From Candidatus Rariloculaceae bacterium (GTDB lineage Bacteria > Pseudomonadota > Gammaproteobacteria > Steroidobacterales > Rariloculaceae), in the NCBI GenBank assembly GCA_965262365.1, contig OZ253541.1, positions 1,291,843 through 1,355,842 of the forward strand: DNA of 64,000 bases, written 5' to 3'. This document shows positions 9,701 to 19,500 of the stretch, one piece after another (within the stretch, counting starts at the first letter, position 1; each line of letters opens with the position of its first letter). Below the pieces are notes generated by a model. The model was not told the origin of the DNA. It did not search any database and saw only the letters and a list, made by a program, of their open reading frames with translations. A program made the position numbers and the translations under genes.

Positions 9701-10480
9701 TCAACCCTGCTCCTGCAAGATGCGCTCCAGGCGCTGGGTCGCCAACCGTGCCGCCGTGGTCGAGGGGAATTCCCGAACGACCCGCTGCAGGACTTCCCGC
9801 GCGGCGTCCCACTGTTGTAGTTCGTAGTTGCAGAAACCGATCTTCAGCAGCGCGTCGGGAAGTTTGGCGGAGCCGGGATAATCATCCACTACCTTTTGAA
9901 AGGCCGGCAGCGCCGCCATGTACTGTCTTTGCACGTAATATGTTTCAGAGAGCCAGTATTGCGCGTTGTCCGCCAACGGGCTGGACGGGAACACCGCCAG
10001 GAATTGCTCCAGCGCGCTTGCAGCTTCCTCGTAGTTGCCTTCTCGCAGCAGGCTGAAAGAACCATCGTAGTTTTCCCGGTCACTTCCCGGAAGCAATACC
10101 GGAGGGGGCGGTGCCTCTTCCTCGGTCAGCAACTCCTGCATGGCGATCTGCAGTTGTGCCACGGTCAATTCCAACTCCAGCAGGCGCCCATCGATATCCA
10201 CGTACAGGTCGCGCTGGCGTTCCGCGGCGTTATCGGTCTGAAATGCCAGCGTCTCGGTCTCGCCGCGCACGGTCTGGATCTCGGACTGGAGTTGGTCTAT
10301 GCGCGTCGCCATCTCGATCAGGCTCTGGTTGTCGATGACCCGCTCGACTCGAATCAGGCGGGCTTCCAGATCGGTCAGTTTCAGGAAGACCGGATCTTCT
10401 TCCGGTGGCGTCGTCGTCGCGCATCCCGCCAACATCACGGTCAGCAACGGAATCCGTACGGCTTTCACAGCATCGCGCAT
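9701..10480 (-). CDS. cpoB: Tol-Pal system protein CpoB/YbgF (TPR)
   Basis: Signal peptide, an N-terminal coiled coil, then C-terminal TPR repeats (YWLSETYYVQRQYMAALPAFQKVVDDYPGSAKLPDALLKIG). Located downstream of pal. Confidence 0.85.
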   Translation of the reverse strand: MRDAVKAVRIPLLTVMLAGCATTTPPEEDPVFLKLTDLEARLIRVERVIDNQSLIEMATRIDQLQSEIQTVRGETETLAFQTDNAAERQRDLYVDIDGRLLELELTVAQLQIAMQELLTEEEAPPPPVLLPGSDRENYDGSFSLLREGNYEEAASALEQFLAVFPSSPLADNAQYWLSETYYVQRQYMAALPAFQKVVDDYPGSAKLPDALLKIGFCNYELQQWDAAREVLQRVVREFPSTTAARLATQRLERILQEQG

Positions 10481-10510
10481 GACAGTCACCCCGATTTATG
10501 TTGCAGGCGT

Positions 10511-11056
10511 TTAACGATACACCAGCTCGACGCGACGGTTCAGACTATAGGAATTATCGTCGCTACCAAACGCTGCCGGACGCTCCTCGCCGTAACTGAC
10601 GGTGCCGAGTTGATCCGTGGAGGCGCCCTGGAGCATGAGCACTCGCCGAACGGCTTGAGCTCGCTGTTCACCCAGCCCGATATTGTATTCCCGGCTGCCG
10701 CGCTCATCCGCGTGTCCCTCGAGACGAACCTGCTGGCCCCCGTTCTCGGCAAGATGCGCGCCGTGGGCTCTCAGCATATCGTTGAAATCCGACCGTATCT
10801 CGCTGCGGTCGAAGTCGAAGTAGATCACCAGGCGGGACAGCGGTCCGTCGCCCTGACCCGGTACCTGCCGCGTCACGTCGAGGTTCCCGTCCGCGCCAAT
10901 GCCGGTAGTGGTTGCGCCGTCCGCGCCGCTTGCGCCATTCGCGGCCGCGGAGTCCGAAGCATCCCCGCTACCTGCTGTGGGTATTGTCGAACTACCGCCA
11001 CCGCACGCAGACAGTCCCATGCCGAGTACGAGCAATATTGTCAGTGACCGGATCAT
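10511..11056 (-). CDS. pal: peptidoglycan-associated lipoprotein
   Basis: Lipobox LSAC, a G/S/A-rich linker, and an OmpA-like domain (LEGHADERGSREYNIGLGEQRAQAV). ATG 11056 with an AAGGAA RBS. Confidence 0.9.
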   Translation of the reverse strand: MIRSLTILLVLGMGLSACGGGSSTIPTAGSGDASDSAAANGASGADGATTTGIGADGNLDVTRQVPGQGDGPLSRLVIYFDFDRSEIRSDFNDMLRAHGAHLAENGGQQVRLEGHADERGSREYNIGLGEQRAQAVRRVLMLQGASTDQLGTVSYGEERPAAFGSDDNSYSLNRRVELVYR

Positions 11057-11123
11057 TTGGTGATTCCTTTGTTTAATATGAATATAAAAATCAGACAGAT
11101 ACAACTATTTATTCGAAGTACCC

Positions 11124-12443
11124 CTAAATTCTGGGGAAAGGCGACCAAACCGGTTCGCGAACCTGTCCCGCCACCGAAGCAATCTGTTGGCGAATTCGAC
11201 CATCCGTACTCACCGACGCCAGCACGCCCCGGCCACCCTCCTGGGTAGCGTAGATGATCAACGCACCATTGGGAGCAAAGCTCGGGGACTCGTCCAAGCT
11301 GCCATTACTCAACACCTGCGTCAACCCGGTGCCCGGGTCAACCAGGGCGATTCGGTAGTTGCCCCGGTCTTCGTGCACCACGGCGAGGCGATCGCCATCG
11401 GGCGAAATCCTGGGACGCGCGTTGTAGCTGCCCTCGTAGGTGATTCGCTCCACGCGCCCTCCTGGCCGGGCCTCTACCTGGTATATCTGCGGACCGCCGG
11501 CGCGGTCTGACGTGAAGTAGATCGACTCACCGTCGGGAGCCCACACCGCCTCGGTATCGATGGCGGAATGCCGGGTCAATCGGTCAAGTACCTGGGTAGC
11601 CAGATTCAGCATGTAGATGTCGAGGTTGCCCTGATCCCGTGACAGGGTCAGTGCCAACATCCGTCCATCGGGCGAAAAGACAGGTGCACCGTTGATGCCT
11701 GCCCGTGACGAGATACGGTCTCTGATCCCGGTGCGAAGCTCCTGAACGTAGATCGCCGACTGTGAGCCTTCGAACGATACATACGCCAGCTTGCGCCCGT
11801 CCGGCGACCAGGCCGGCGACATGAGCGGCTCGGACTGCTGCGTGATCACCTGCGGGTTGGCGCCGTCGGCATCCGAAACGATAAGCTGGAATCGCCGCTC
11901 ACGGCCCATCCGCTGCTCGTTGACATAGGCGATCTGCGTGCCGAAAACGCCACGAATGCCGGTCAATTCCTCGAAGATCATGTCAGCCACTCGGTGACTG
12001 GCCACCCGCAGATCGCTCGCGCTGCTGCCCGTGGTCAGGCGGTAGCCGATGATCTGCTCCCCCCGCAGGACGTTGAATAGCTGGAAAACGATTGTGTGGC
12101 TGCCGTCCGGATTCGCCAATAATTGACCAACCACCAGGTAATCGACGTCAACGATCAACCAATCCTGGAAACGAACCTCGGCCGGCTGGGTCGGCCGCGA
12201 CACCATGTCCTCGACCCCCATGGGCGCGAATCGTCCGCTGTTTCCAAGGTCGGATGAGACCAGTGCAGCCACGTCGAATGGAGCCTCCACGTCACGCTCC
12301 TCCCAGCCGAACGGCACGATTGCCACCGGTACAGGTCGTTCCACGCCTCTGGTGACCTCTATGACGATCTGGGCATCGGCGCTAACCGTTCCCAGCAGCG
12401 CCAGCGCGCAAGCTGATGCTGCCCATTTCAACTGTCTGCCCAT
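11124..12443 (-). CDS. tolB: Tol-Pal system beta-propeller protein TolB
   Basis: TolB N-domain followed by repeated PxWSPDG blades. ATG 12443 has an AGGAAG RBS; the alternative start is 12458. Confidence 0.9.
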   Translation of the reverse strand: MGRQLKWAASACALALLGTVSADAQIVIEVTRGVERPVPVAIVPFGWEERDVEAPFDVAALVSSDLGNSGRFAPMGVEDMVSRPTQPAEVRFQDWLIVDVDYLVVGQLLANPDGSHTIVFQLFNVLRGEQIIGYRLTTGSSASDLRVASHRVADMIFEELTGIRGVFGTQIAYVNEQRMGRERRFQLIVSDADGANPQVITQQSEPLMSPAWSPDGRKLAYVSFEGSQSAIYVQELRTGIRDRISSRAGINGAPVFSPDGRMLALTLSRDQGNLDIYMLNLATQVLDRLTRHSAIDTEAVWAPDGESIYFTSDRAGGPQIYQVEARPGGRVERITYEGSYNARPRISPDGDRLAVVHEDRGNYRIALVDPGTGLTQVLSNGSLDESPSFAPNGALIIYATQEGGRGVLASVSTDGRIRQQIASVAGQVREPVWSPFPRI

Positions 12444-12474
12444 AGTCTTCCTACACATTCGTCAAACACCCTGC

Positions 12475-13332
12475 CTACGCCTCGGGCCTGAATATGACTT
12501 CCAGATTGCGGTCGAACAGCGAGGGGATAGACGGCCTGGGCAACGGTGAGGAACGCAACACCGCAGCCTCGATGGACCTTTCGACAGCCTCGTCGCCATT
12601 GCACTCGCCGATGCGAACATCCACCACATCGCCACTGGGAATCTGGGTTACGTGAACTGTACACTGAATTCCCGCCTGCTGAGCGCTTGCAGGCGGTATC
12701 CAGTTCTGCTGTATCCGATTCTCGATCAGGCGAATATATTGATCCAACGCCTCGGCTTCCTCGCGCCTGCGTGCTTCATCTTCCGCCGCCAACTCGCGCG
12801 CCAACTGCGCCTCCCGCTCGGCCTGCTGACGAGCCTCCTCGGCAGCCCGGCGCTGACGCTCCCGTTCTTCCCGCCGGCGCTGCTCTTCTTCCGCAAGCCG
12901 CTGCTCCTCGGCTTCGCGCGCAGCTTCCTCCTCCGCTTCTCGCTGGCGCTCCAGTTCCGTCAGCCGAAGCTGTTCCTGGCGTTCCGCCTCCTCGCGCTGC
13001 ACCCGAACCTGTTCCAGCCGCTGCTGTTCTTCTTCAAGCTGCCGACGCGCCTCCTCGGCCTGTTGTTCGGCTCGCTGCTGCTCCTCAAGCGCCAGTCGCT
13101 GCTGTTCTTCCCGGCGCCGCTGCTCCTCCTGATCCAGCGCATCGAGACGCGCCATCTCCTGGCGAATGAGCGTCTCGTCCACGACGGTCGCTTCGATCGC
13201 CACATCGTCCACGGGTGCCAGCGCCCTTTGTCGCGACGGCAGGACCAGGCCAGTCGTCAACACCACGATCAGAATCCCGTGCAGCAGCGTGGACAGCAAG
13301 ACCCCCACCATATGCTCCCGCAAGAATTCCAT
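12475..13332 (-). CDS. tolA: cell envelope integrity protein TolA
   Basis: N-terminal TM helix, a long E/R/Q/A-rich helical region, and a C-terminal TolA domain. Positioned between tolR and tolB. Confidence 0.85.
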   Translation of the reverse strand: MEFLREHMVGVLLSTLLHGILIVVLTTGLVLPSRQRALAPVDDVAIEATVVDETLIRQEMARLDALDQEEQRRREEQQRLALEEQQRAEQQAEEARRQLEEEQQRLEQVRVQREEAERQEQLRLTELERQREAEEEAAREAEEQRLAEEEQRRREERERQRRAAEEARQQAEREAQLARELAAEDEARRREEAEALDQYIRLIENRIQQNWIPPASAQQAGIQCTVHVTQIPSGDVVDVRIGECNGDEAVERSIEAAVLRSSPLPRPSIPSLFDRNLEVIFRPEA

Positions 13333-13351
13333 TCGGTACCATCCCGCCCGT

Positions 13352-13798
13352 TCAGGGCTGACCGCCCTCCCGCTCCATCGGATCGGTGAGGAATCCGACC
13401 TTCACGGCCCCGGCTTGTTGCAATATGACCATCCCCGCTACGACGCGTCCGTATGCCACGGCCTCGTCCGCCTTGACCAGCACAGGCGTCTGGGGATTCC
13501 GTCGCAGCACCGCCGCGGTGCGCGTCAAGACAGTTTGCTCGTCCACGGGCGTCTCTTCATCGCCGCCAATGTTCAGGAACAATTCGCCGTCCCGGTTGAT
13601 GCTGAGCACCAGCGGCTCATTATCGCGCAATAGTTCGGGGTCCAGCGGTTCGGCCGCCGCCTGGGGCAAGTCGACCTGGATACCCTGGGTCAACAGCGGC
13701 GCCGTGATCATGAAGATGATCAGCAAGACCAGCATGACGTCGATGTAGGGCACCACATTGATCTCGCCCATCAAGCGTTTCGTTCGGCTGCGTCTCAT
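13352..13798 (-). CDS. tolR: Tol-Pal system protein TolR (ExbD family)
   Basis: EINVVPYIDVMLVLLIIFM motif. 4-nt overlap with tolQ. Confidence 0.9.
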   Translation of the reverse strand: MRRSRTKRLMGEINVVPYIDVMLVLLIIFMITAPLLTQGIQVDLPQAAAEPLDPELLRDNEPLVLSINRDGELFLNIGGDEETPVDEQTVLTRTAAVLRRNPQTPVLVKADEAVAYGRVVAGMVILQQAGAVKVGFLTDPMEREGGQP

Positions 13799-14487
13799 GG
13801 CGTCCCCCGGGCGAGATGCAAGGCGTGGCGCTGCAGTATCGCCGAAAATTCCTCGGCAAAGGTATCGTAGCGAACCTCCAGCCGCCCGACGATATCGGCG
13901 TAGCGGTTAAAGGCGATCACGGCGGGAATGGCAGCAAACAAACCCATGGCCGTCGCAACCAGCGCCTCGGCGATGCCCGGCGCCACCAGCGCAAGCGTAG
14001 CTGCCTGCACATTCCCGAGGGCCTGAAACGAAGACATTATGCCCCAGACCGTTCCGAACAGACCGACGTAGGGGCTGGTCGAACCCACCGTGGCGAGAAA
14101 GGCCAGGTTCTGTTCCAGGCGTTCCACTTCCCGCACCTGGGAAACCCGCATGAAACGCCTCGAGCCCTCGACGATCTGATCGGCGTTGATCGCGCGGTCT
14201 TCCCGGAGCCGACCGAATTCCCGGTAGCCCGACTCGAAAATGCCCGCCATCCCCACCTGGGATTCCTCGAACTCCGTGAGTTCCTGGTAAATCTCCGAGA
14301 CGTCGCCCCCGGACCAGAAGGCTTCCTCGAACTCGTCGGCCGCCCCGGTCGCCCGCTTCAGCAACCGGCTTTTCTCGATGATGATGGCCCATGAGGCAAC
14401 CGAAACAATCAACAGCAAGAGCAAGACGGCCTGGACCACCAGGCTGGCTTCCAGAATCAGGCTGATCAGCGATAGATCGTTATTCAT
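13795..14487 (-). CDS. tolQ: Tol-Pal system protein TolQ (MotA/ExbB family)
   Basis: Three TM helices and the conserved TVGSTSPYVGLFGTVWGIM motif. Confidence 0.9.
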   Translation of the reverse strand: MNNDLSLISLILEASLVVQAVLLLLLIVSVASWAIIIEKSRLLKRATGAADEFEEAFWSGGDVSEIYQELTEFEESQVGMAGIFESGYREFGRLREDRAINADQIVEGSRRFMRVSQVREVERLEQNLAFLATVGSTSPYVGLFGTVWGIMSSFQALGNVQAATLALVAPGIAEALVATAMGLFAAIPAVIAFNRYADIVGRLEVRYDTFAEEFSAILQRHALHLARGTP

Positions 14488-14906
14488 CCCTCGACCCCGC
14501 CTCCGTTAAGGTCAAAAAACAGTTTCGCGGGCAAGCGCCGCGGCTTGCCGGTGCGCGCATCCACGCAGGCTACTTCAGCCTGCGCCTGGCAGAGGAGTTC
14601 ACCACCGCCCGGCACGCGGCGGACGGCCTGTCTGAAAACAAAGCGTACCGCGCTCAACTCCGTCACCTCGGCGGTCACCTCCAGCATGTCGTCCAGCCTT
14701 GCGGGCACCCTGAAACGTGCCTCGATGCGGGAGAGTACCAGCAGGATGTTCGCCGTTTCCCGCAATTCGTTGTGATCGATACCGTTCGATCGCAACCACT
14801 CGGTCCGCGCCCGCTCGAAAAAACGCAGGTAACTTGCGTTATAGACCACTCCCTGTGCATCGGTATCCTCCAAATAGACACGAACCGGCAATACCTGGAT
14901 CTTCAT
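14484..14906 (-). CDS. ybgC: Tol-Pal-associated acyl-CoA thioesterase (4HBT hotdog fold)
   Basis: VRVYLEDTDAQGVVYNASYLRFFERART motif. Positioned directly upstream of tolQ. Confidence 0.85.
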   Translation of the reverse strand: MKIQVLPVRVYLEDTDAQGVVYNASYLRFFERARTEWLRSNGIDHNELRETANILLVLSRIEARFRVPARLDDMLEVTAEVTELSAVRFVFRQAVRRVPGGGELLCQAQAEVACVDARTGKPRRLPAKLFFDLNGGGVEG

Positions 14907-14921
14907 GGTTCAGCCTGCCGT

Positions 14922-15964
14922 TCAATCGAACAGGCCGGGCGACGCCGGCGGTGCTTCGCGTGCCTGCGGAACCTTGAGCCCATAGTGTTGGTAGGCGTTG
15001 CGGGTGGCCATGCGTCCGCGGGCGGTGCGCTGCAGGAATCCCTCCTGGATCAGATAGGGCTCGACCACATCTTCCAGCGTGCCGCGTTCCTCGCCCACGG
15101 CGGCCGCAAGACTCTCGATTCCAACCGGCCCGCCGTCGAACTTCTCGATTACCGTCAGCAACAGCTTGCGGTCCATGCTGTCGAACCCGTGCGGATCGAC
15201 TTCCAGCAGGTTCATTGCCGCCTGCGCGACGTCCTGGTCCACCCTGCCGTCGCATTCGACTTCGGCGTAGTCCCGGACCCGGCGCAAGAGGCGGTTGGCG
15301 ATGCGCGGCGTGCCCCGGGAACGCCCCGCAATCTCCCTGGCGCCGCTATCGTCAACGGGCAACTCGAAAATACCTGCGGTGCGTTTCACGATTCGCGTCA
15401 ATTCATCGTTTCCGTAGAATTCCAGCCGCTGCACGATCCCGAACCGGTCGCGCAGCGGCGATGTCAGCAGGCCGGCCCGGGTGGTGGCGCCGACCAGGGT
15501 GAACGGCGGCAACTCCAGCTTGATCGAACGGGCCCCCGGTCCCTCGCCGATCATGATATCCAGGCGATAATCCTCCAGTGCCGGATAGAGAACCTCTTCC
15601 ACCACCGGGCTGAGACGGTGGATCTCGTCCACAAACAGGACATCCCTGGCTTCCAGGTTGGTGAGAATCGCCGCCAGGTCTCCCGGACGCTCCAGCACCG
15701 GACCCGATGTGGTGCGCAGGTTCACGTTCAGTTCGTTGGCGACGATGTACGCCAGCGTGGTCTTGCCAAGACCGGGCGGGCCGAAGATGAGCGTGTGGTC
15801 CATGCCTCGCCGCGATTGCGAGCGGCGGTCATGAAAATCCGCATCTGCCGCTTGACCGAGGGTTGGCCGATGTACTCGTCGAGCGTGCGGGGCCGCACCG
15901 CGCGGTCGAAGACCACGTCCTCGTGGTCGCCTGAGCCGTCGAGCAATCCGGCTTCCTCGTGCAT
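14922..15964 (-). pseudogene. ruvB: Holliday junction helicase RuvB, reading frame interrupted by an apparent 1-nt shift near 15803 (possibly a sequencing error)
   Basis: The N-terminal 50-odd residues (...[31 protein letters not shown]) lie in the frame of ORF 15728..15973. The Walker A motif and the rest ([18 protein letters not shown]...) lie in the frame of ORF 14922..15803. In E. coli RuvB the two parts are contiguous. Confidence 0.8.
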
Positions 15965-15969
15965 GGCGA

Positions 15970-16557
15970 TCAACTGGAATGAACGCGCTTGAGCGCTTCG
16001 CGGATCAACTGTTCGGAACTCATGCCGGCCGTGTCCAAATCCTTTAACATCCTGTTGACTTCAGCCGCCCGGTATCCCAATGCCAGCAACGCGCCGCGGG
16101 CCTCGCCACCCGCCCGCGTGGCGCCCCGCACGGTGTCCGGAGCGTCGGTTCCGGGCGGTTCGAGCCGATCCGCCATTTCCAATATCAGCCGTTCCGCGGT
16201 CTTGCGGCCGATGCCCGGGATTCGCGTGAGCGTGACCAGGTCGCGCTCGAACACGCTACGCCGGAAGCCCTCCGCGCTGATGCCCGACAGGATGCCCAGC
16301 GCGATCCGCGCGCCGACGCCGGTTACCTTGAGAAGGTTGCGGAACAGCGACCTTTCGGCCTCCGTAGCAAAGCCGTAAAGCAATTGTGCGTCGTCCCGCA
16401 CCAGGAAATGGGTCAGCAACGTGAGCGCCTCACCGGTTTCAGGCAAGCGGTAAAACGTTGACATGGGCGCCTCGAGTTCGTAGCCGACGCCGGCCACTTC
16501 CAGGGTCAACCCGGGCGGTTGCTTTGCAACCAGGGTACCTTTCAGGTATCCGATCAT
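15970..16557 (-). CDS. ruvA: Holliday junction DNA helicase subunit RuvA
   Basis: [10 protein letters not shown]... start, HhH motifs ([15 protein letters not shown]), and a C-terminal domain III. ATGA overlap with the ruvC stop. Confidence 0.9.
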   Translation of the reverse strand: MIGYLKGTLVAKQPPGLTLEVAGVGYELEAPMSTFYRLPETGEALTLLTHFLVRDDAQLLYGFATEAERSLFRNLLKVTGVGARIALGILSGISAEGFRRSVFERDLVTLTRIPGIGRKTAERLILEMADRLEPPGTDAPDTVRGATRAGGEARGALLALGYRAAEVNRMLKDLDTAGMSSEQLIREALKRVHSS

Positions 16558-17069
16558 GATCGTGCCGCCTTCAGTTCGGCAACCGCGGGCGACCCGCGCA
16601 CGTAGGCGTGGCACAGCGCCAGGGCCAGTGCGTCCGCCGCATCCGACTCCGGCGTCTCGCGCAGGCCCAGCAGGACTCTCACCATGAGTTGCACCTGGGC
16701 CTTGTCGGCGTTGCCGCGGCCGACTACCGCTTTCTTGACGTATCGGGCCGCATACTCGGACACCGGCAAACCGGCTTCAAAGGTGCCGCACAGGGCGGCC
16801 GCCCTCGCCTGCCCGAGCTTCAGGGCGCTGTCCGCGTTGCGGTGTACGAACACGCGTTCTATGGAAACTTCATCCGGGTCATATTGGCGTATCAGCTCTT
16901 CGATGCGCGCGAAGATTCGCTTCAGGCGCTCATTGTGCTCACCCGTGGTCGCGATGGTGCCCGAGGCAATCCATGCAGTCTTTTTGCCGGAATCGCGGGT
17001 CTCGATAATGCCGTAGCCCGTTCGCCGTGAACCGGGATCTATCCCGAGAATTCGAACGGCTTCGCTCAT
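16554..17069 (-). CDS. ruvC: crossover junction endodeoxyribonuclease RuvC
   Basis: [16 protein letters not shown] start and a conserved C-terminal [12 protein letters not shown]. Confidence 0.9.
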   Translation of the reverse strand: MSEAVRILGIDPGSRRTGYGIIETRDSGKKTAWIASGTIATTGEHNERLKRIFARIEELIRQYDPDEVSIERVFVHRNADSALKLGQARAAALCGTFEAGLPVSEYAARYVKKAVVGRGNADKAQVQLMVRVLLGLRETPESDAADALALALCHAYVRGSPAVAELKAARS

Positions 17070-17812
17070 CCGGCGGCCTCGAGCAACTCGGTGGGTATGT
17101 CGCCGTTGGAATACACCTGCTGCACATCGTCCAGCTCGTCCAGTGCATTCAGGAGCTTGAGCAGGCTCTCGGCCTGCTGCGCCTGCACGGGCGCCTGGAC
17201 GCTGGCATGCAGGGTGACCTCGGCGTGCCCGGGCGCCAGGCCCTGCGCCGTCATCGCGGCCTTGACCGAATCGAACTCCGACGGTTCACAAAGCACGTCG
17301 GCGGATCCGTCGTCATGGGCAACCACATCTTCCGCACCGGCTTCAATGGCTGCCTCCATGAGTTCGTCAGGGTCCGAGCCGGGGAGATAACTGAGCAAAC
17401 CGGTCTGCTCAAACAGGTAGGTCACCGAACCGTCCGCGCCCAGATTGCCGCCGAACTTCGAGAATGCGTGACGCACCTCGGCGACCGTGCGGTTCCGGTT
17501 GTCGGTCAGGCAATCGACCATGACCGCGACGCCGCCGGGTCCGTAACCCTCGTAGCGGACTTCTTCATAGGTCTGCCCCTCCGCATCGCCCGTGCCTCGT
17601 TTTACGGCCCGGTCGATATTATCCTTGGGCATGCTCTGGGCTCTGGCCTTGTCAATGGCCACACGCAAGCGGGGATTGGCGGATGGATCGCCACCGCCCT
17701 CACGTGCAGCGACGGTGATCTCGCGAATGAGTTTGGTGAACAGCTTGCCCCGCTTGGCATCCTGGGCGCCTTTCCGAAACCGGATATTGGCCCATTTACT
17801 GTGGCCAGCCAT
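17066..17812 (-). CDS. YebC/PmpR family DNA-binding transcriptional regulator
   Basis: [28 protein letters not shown] is the hallmark N-terminus. Confidence 0.9.
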   Translation of the reverse strand: MAGHSKWANIRFRKGAQDAKRGKLFTKLIREITVAAREGGGDPSANPRLRVAIDKARAQSMPKDNIDRAVKRGTGDAEGQTYEEVRYEGYGPGGVAVMVDCLTDNRNRTVAEVRHAFSKFGGNLGADGSVTYLFEQTGLLSYLPGSDPDELMEAAIEAGAEDVVAHDDGSADVLCEPSEFDSVKAAMTAQGLAPGHAEVTLHASVQAPVQAQQAESLLKLLNALDELDDVQQVYSNGDIPTELLEAAG

Positions 17813-18064
17813 TCACAATGCTCCTGGCCCGTATCTGAACTGGCTGCATCGGGACAGCCGACAGCGCCCGCCCCAAGGGGCTGTCAGTCTGAAAACTCAA
17901 TCCGTAACTCCACCGGCAGCAAGCCGCAAGTCCTCTGCCGACCCCTATGATAGCGGGAAAACCCGTTGTTGTGTGCGCCTGACGAGAATCTCTCCCGGTT
18001 GGGGCTGCGGGCGTGTGCGCTTACAGCTTTGGTTTGACAACCTAGACCGGTTTCTTTATCGAAA

Positions 18065-19495
18065 TCACTGGTTGATAGCGTGGATCGCCCGGTTGTCGGC
18101 GGCCAGTGACGCCTCGTGGATGGCCTCGGTGAGCGTCGGATGGGCGTGGATCGTGCGCTGCAGGTCCTCACCCGAAGCGCAGAATTCCATCGCCAGTACC
18201 GCTTCGGCGATGAGTTCGCCGGCGACGGGCCCGACGATGTGAACGCCGAGCAATTCGTCGTCTTCTTTCGCGCAGAGCAACTTGACCAGGCCTGCCGTCT
18301 GTTCCATGCCCTTGGCACGCCCATTGGCCGCGAACGGAAACGAACCGACCTTGTAGCCGATGCCGTTCGACCGGAGCTGGGCCTCGGTCTGTCCCACCCA
18401 CGCGATTTCCGGTGCGGTATAGATCACCGATGGGATGGCATCGTAGTTGACTTCGGCGATCTTGCCGGCAATTAGATCGGCCACCATGATGCCCTCTTCG
18501 GAACCCTTGTGAGCCAGCATGGGGCCGCGCACGACGTCGCCCACGGCCCAGACGCCGGGCTCCGTGGTCCGGCACTGCTCGTCCACCTTGACGAAACCCC
18601 TCTCGTCCAGTTCCACGCCGGAGCCGTCGCCCAGCAGGCCTGCAGTGAATGGCCGCCGCCCGACGCAGACGATGAGTTTGTCCACTTCGAGCCGTTGATC
18701 CTCACCGCCGTGCCGGAACTGCACTTCTACCGCGCCGTCGGTCACCGCGGCACTTTGCACACTGGCCCCGAGCCGGATGTCGAGACCCTGACGCCGAAAG
18801 TGCCGGAGCGCGTCCTTGGCTATCTGTTCGTCAGCCATGTAGAGGAACTCTTCCAGCGCCTCCAGGATCACGACCCTGGCCCCCAGCCGCTGCCATACGC
18901 TGCCCAACTCAAGCCCGACGACACCCGCGCCCACCACGCCCAGACGCTCCGGCACCGATTCGAATTCGAGGGCTCCCCACGAATCGACAATGTGTTCGCC
19001 CTCAAACGGCGCCACGGATAGTTCCACGGGCGTCGAGCCGGTGGCGATAACGACGTGCCCCGCTGACAATTCGGAGACGTTGCCGTCGGGATCGGTGACT
19101 TCCACACGACCGCCCCCGAGCAGCCGCCCATGCCCGCGAACCCCTGTAACCCCGTTGGACTTGAACAACGCCTCGATTCCCCGGGTGAGCTGTCTGACAA
19201 TTCGAGCCTTGCGCGTCTGCATGATACCGATATCGACGCTCAGTTCACCCACGGAGATGCCATGGGACTTGAACTCCGAGGCGGCGCGATGGTACAGCTC
19301 GGAAGACTCCAACAGCGCCTTCGACGGGATACAGCCGGCGTTCAGGCACGTGCCTCCGAATGCGCGGCTGCCATCGAGGTTGCGCCACTCGTCCACGCAG
19401 ACGACTTGCAGCTCGTTCTGCGCCGCGCGAATGGCCGCGGGATAACCCGCCGGTCCGCCGCCGATCACGGCGACATCGTAGCTCTGTTCGGTCAT
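18065..19495 (-). CDS. lpdA: dihydrolipoyl dehydrogenase (E3)
   Basis: YDVAVIGGGPAGY FAD motif, the redox disulfide GGTCLNAGCIPSK, and C-terminal HAHPTLTEA. Start placed at ATG 19495, 5 nt after the sucB stop. The tracked 643-aa ORF extension overlaps sucB and is rejected. Confidence 0.9.
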   Translation of the reverse strand: MTEQSYDVAVIGGGPAGYPAAIRAAQNELQVVCVDEWRNLDGSRAFGGTCLNAGCIPSKALLESSELYHRAASEFKSHGISVGELSVDIGIMQTRKARIVRQLTRGIEALFKSNGVTGVRGHGRLLGGGRVEVTDPDGNVSELSAGHVVIATGSTPVELSVAPFEGEHIVDSWGALEFESVPERLGVVGAGVVGLELGSVWQRLGARVVILEALEEFLYMADEQIAKDALRHFRRQGLDIRLGASVQSAAVTDGAVEVQFRHGGEDQRLEVDKLIVCVGRRPFTAGLLGDGSGVELDERGFVKVDEQCRTTEPGVWAVGDVVRGPMLAHKGSEEGIMVADLIAGKIAEVNYDAIPSVIYTAPEIAWVGQTEAQLRSNGIGYKVGSFPFAANGRAKGMEQTAGLVKLLCAKEDDELLGVHIVGPVAGELIAEAVLAMEFCASGEDLQRTIHAHPTLTEAIHEASLAADNRAIHAINQ

Positions 19496-19500
19496 GGGTA

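Noticed and set aside
12700-13150. Highly repetitive E/R/Q/A-rich stretch in tolA
   Set aside because: A charged helical domain II is a normal TolA feature and is not an independent repeat element.
14772-15992. 406-aa plus-strand ORF opposite ruvB; 9896..11047 opposite cpoB/pal; 29303..30193 opposite ltaE; 42218..43150 opposite the yhdH-like gene; 59490..60677 opposite nfeD
   Set aside because: All are antisense to genes with clear homology-type motifs, so I treated them as GC-rich shadow ORFs.
17813-18064. 252-nt spacer between lpdA and yebC with a gacagcc...ggctgtc inverted repeat
   Set aside because: The stem is short, the loop is long and there is no U-tract. It could be a weak terminator, but I cannot support either a terminator or an sRNA call.
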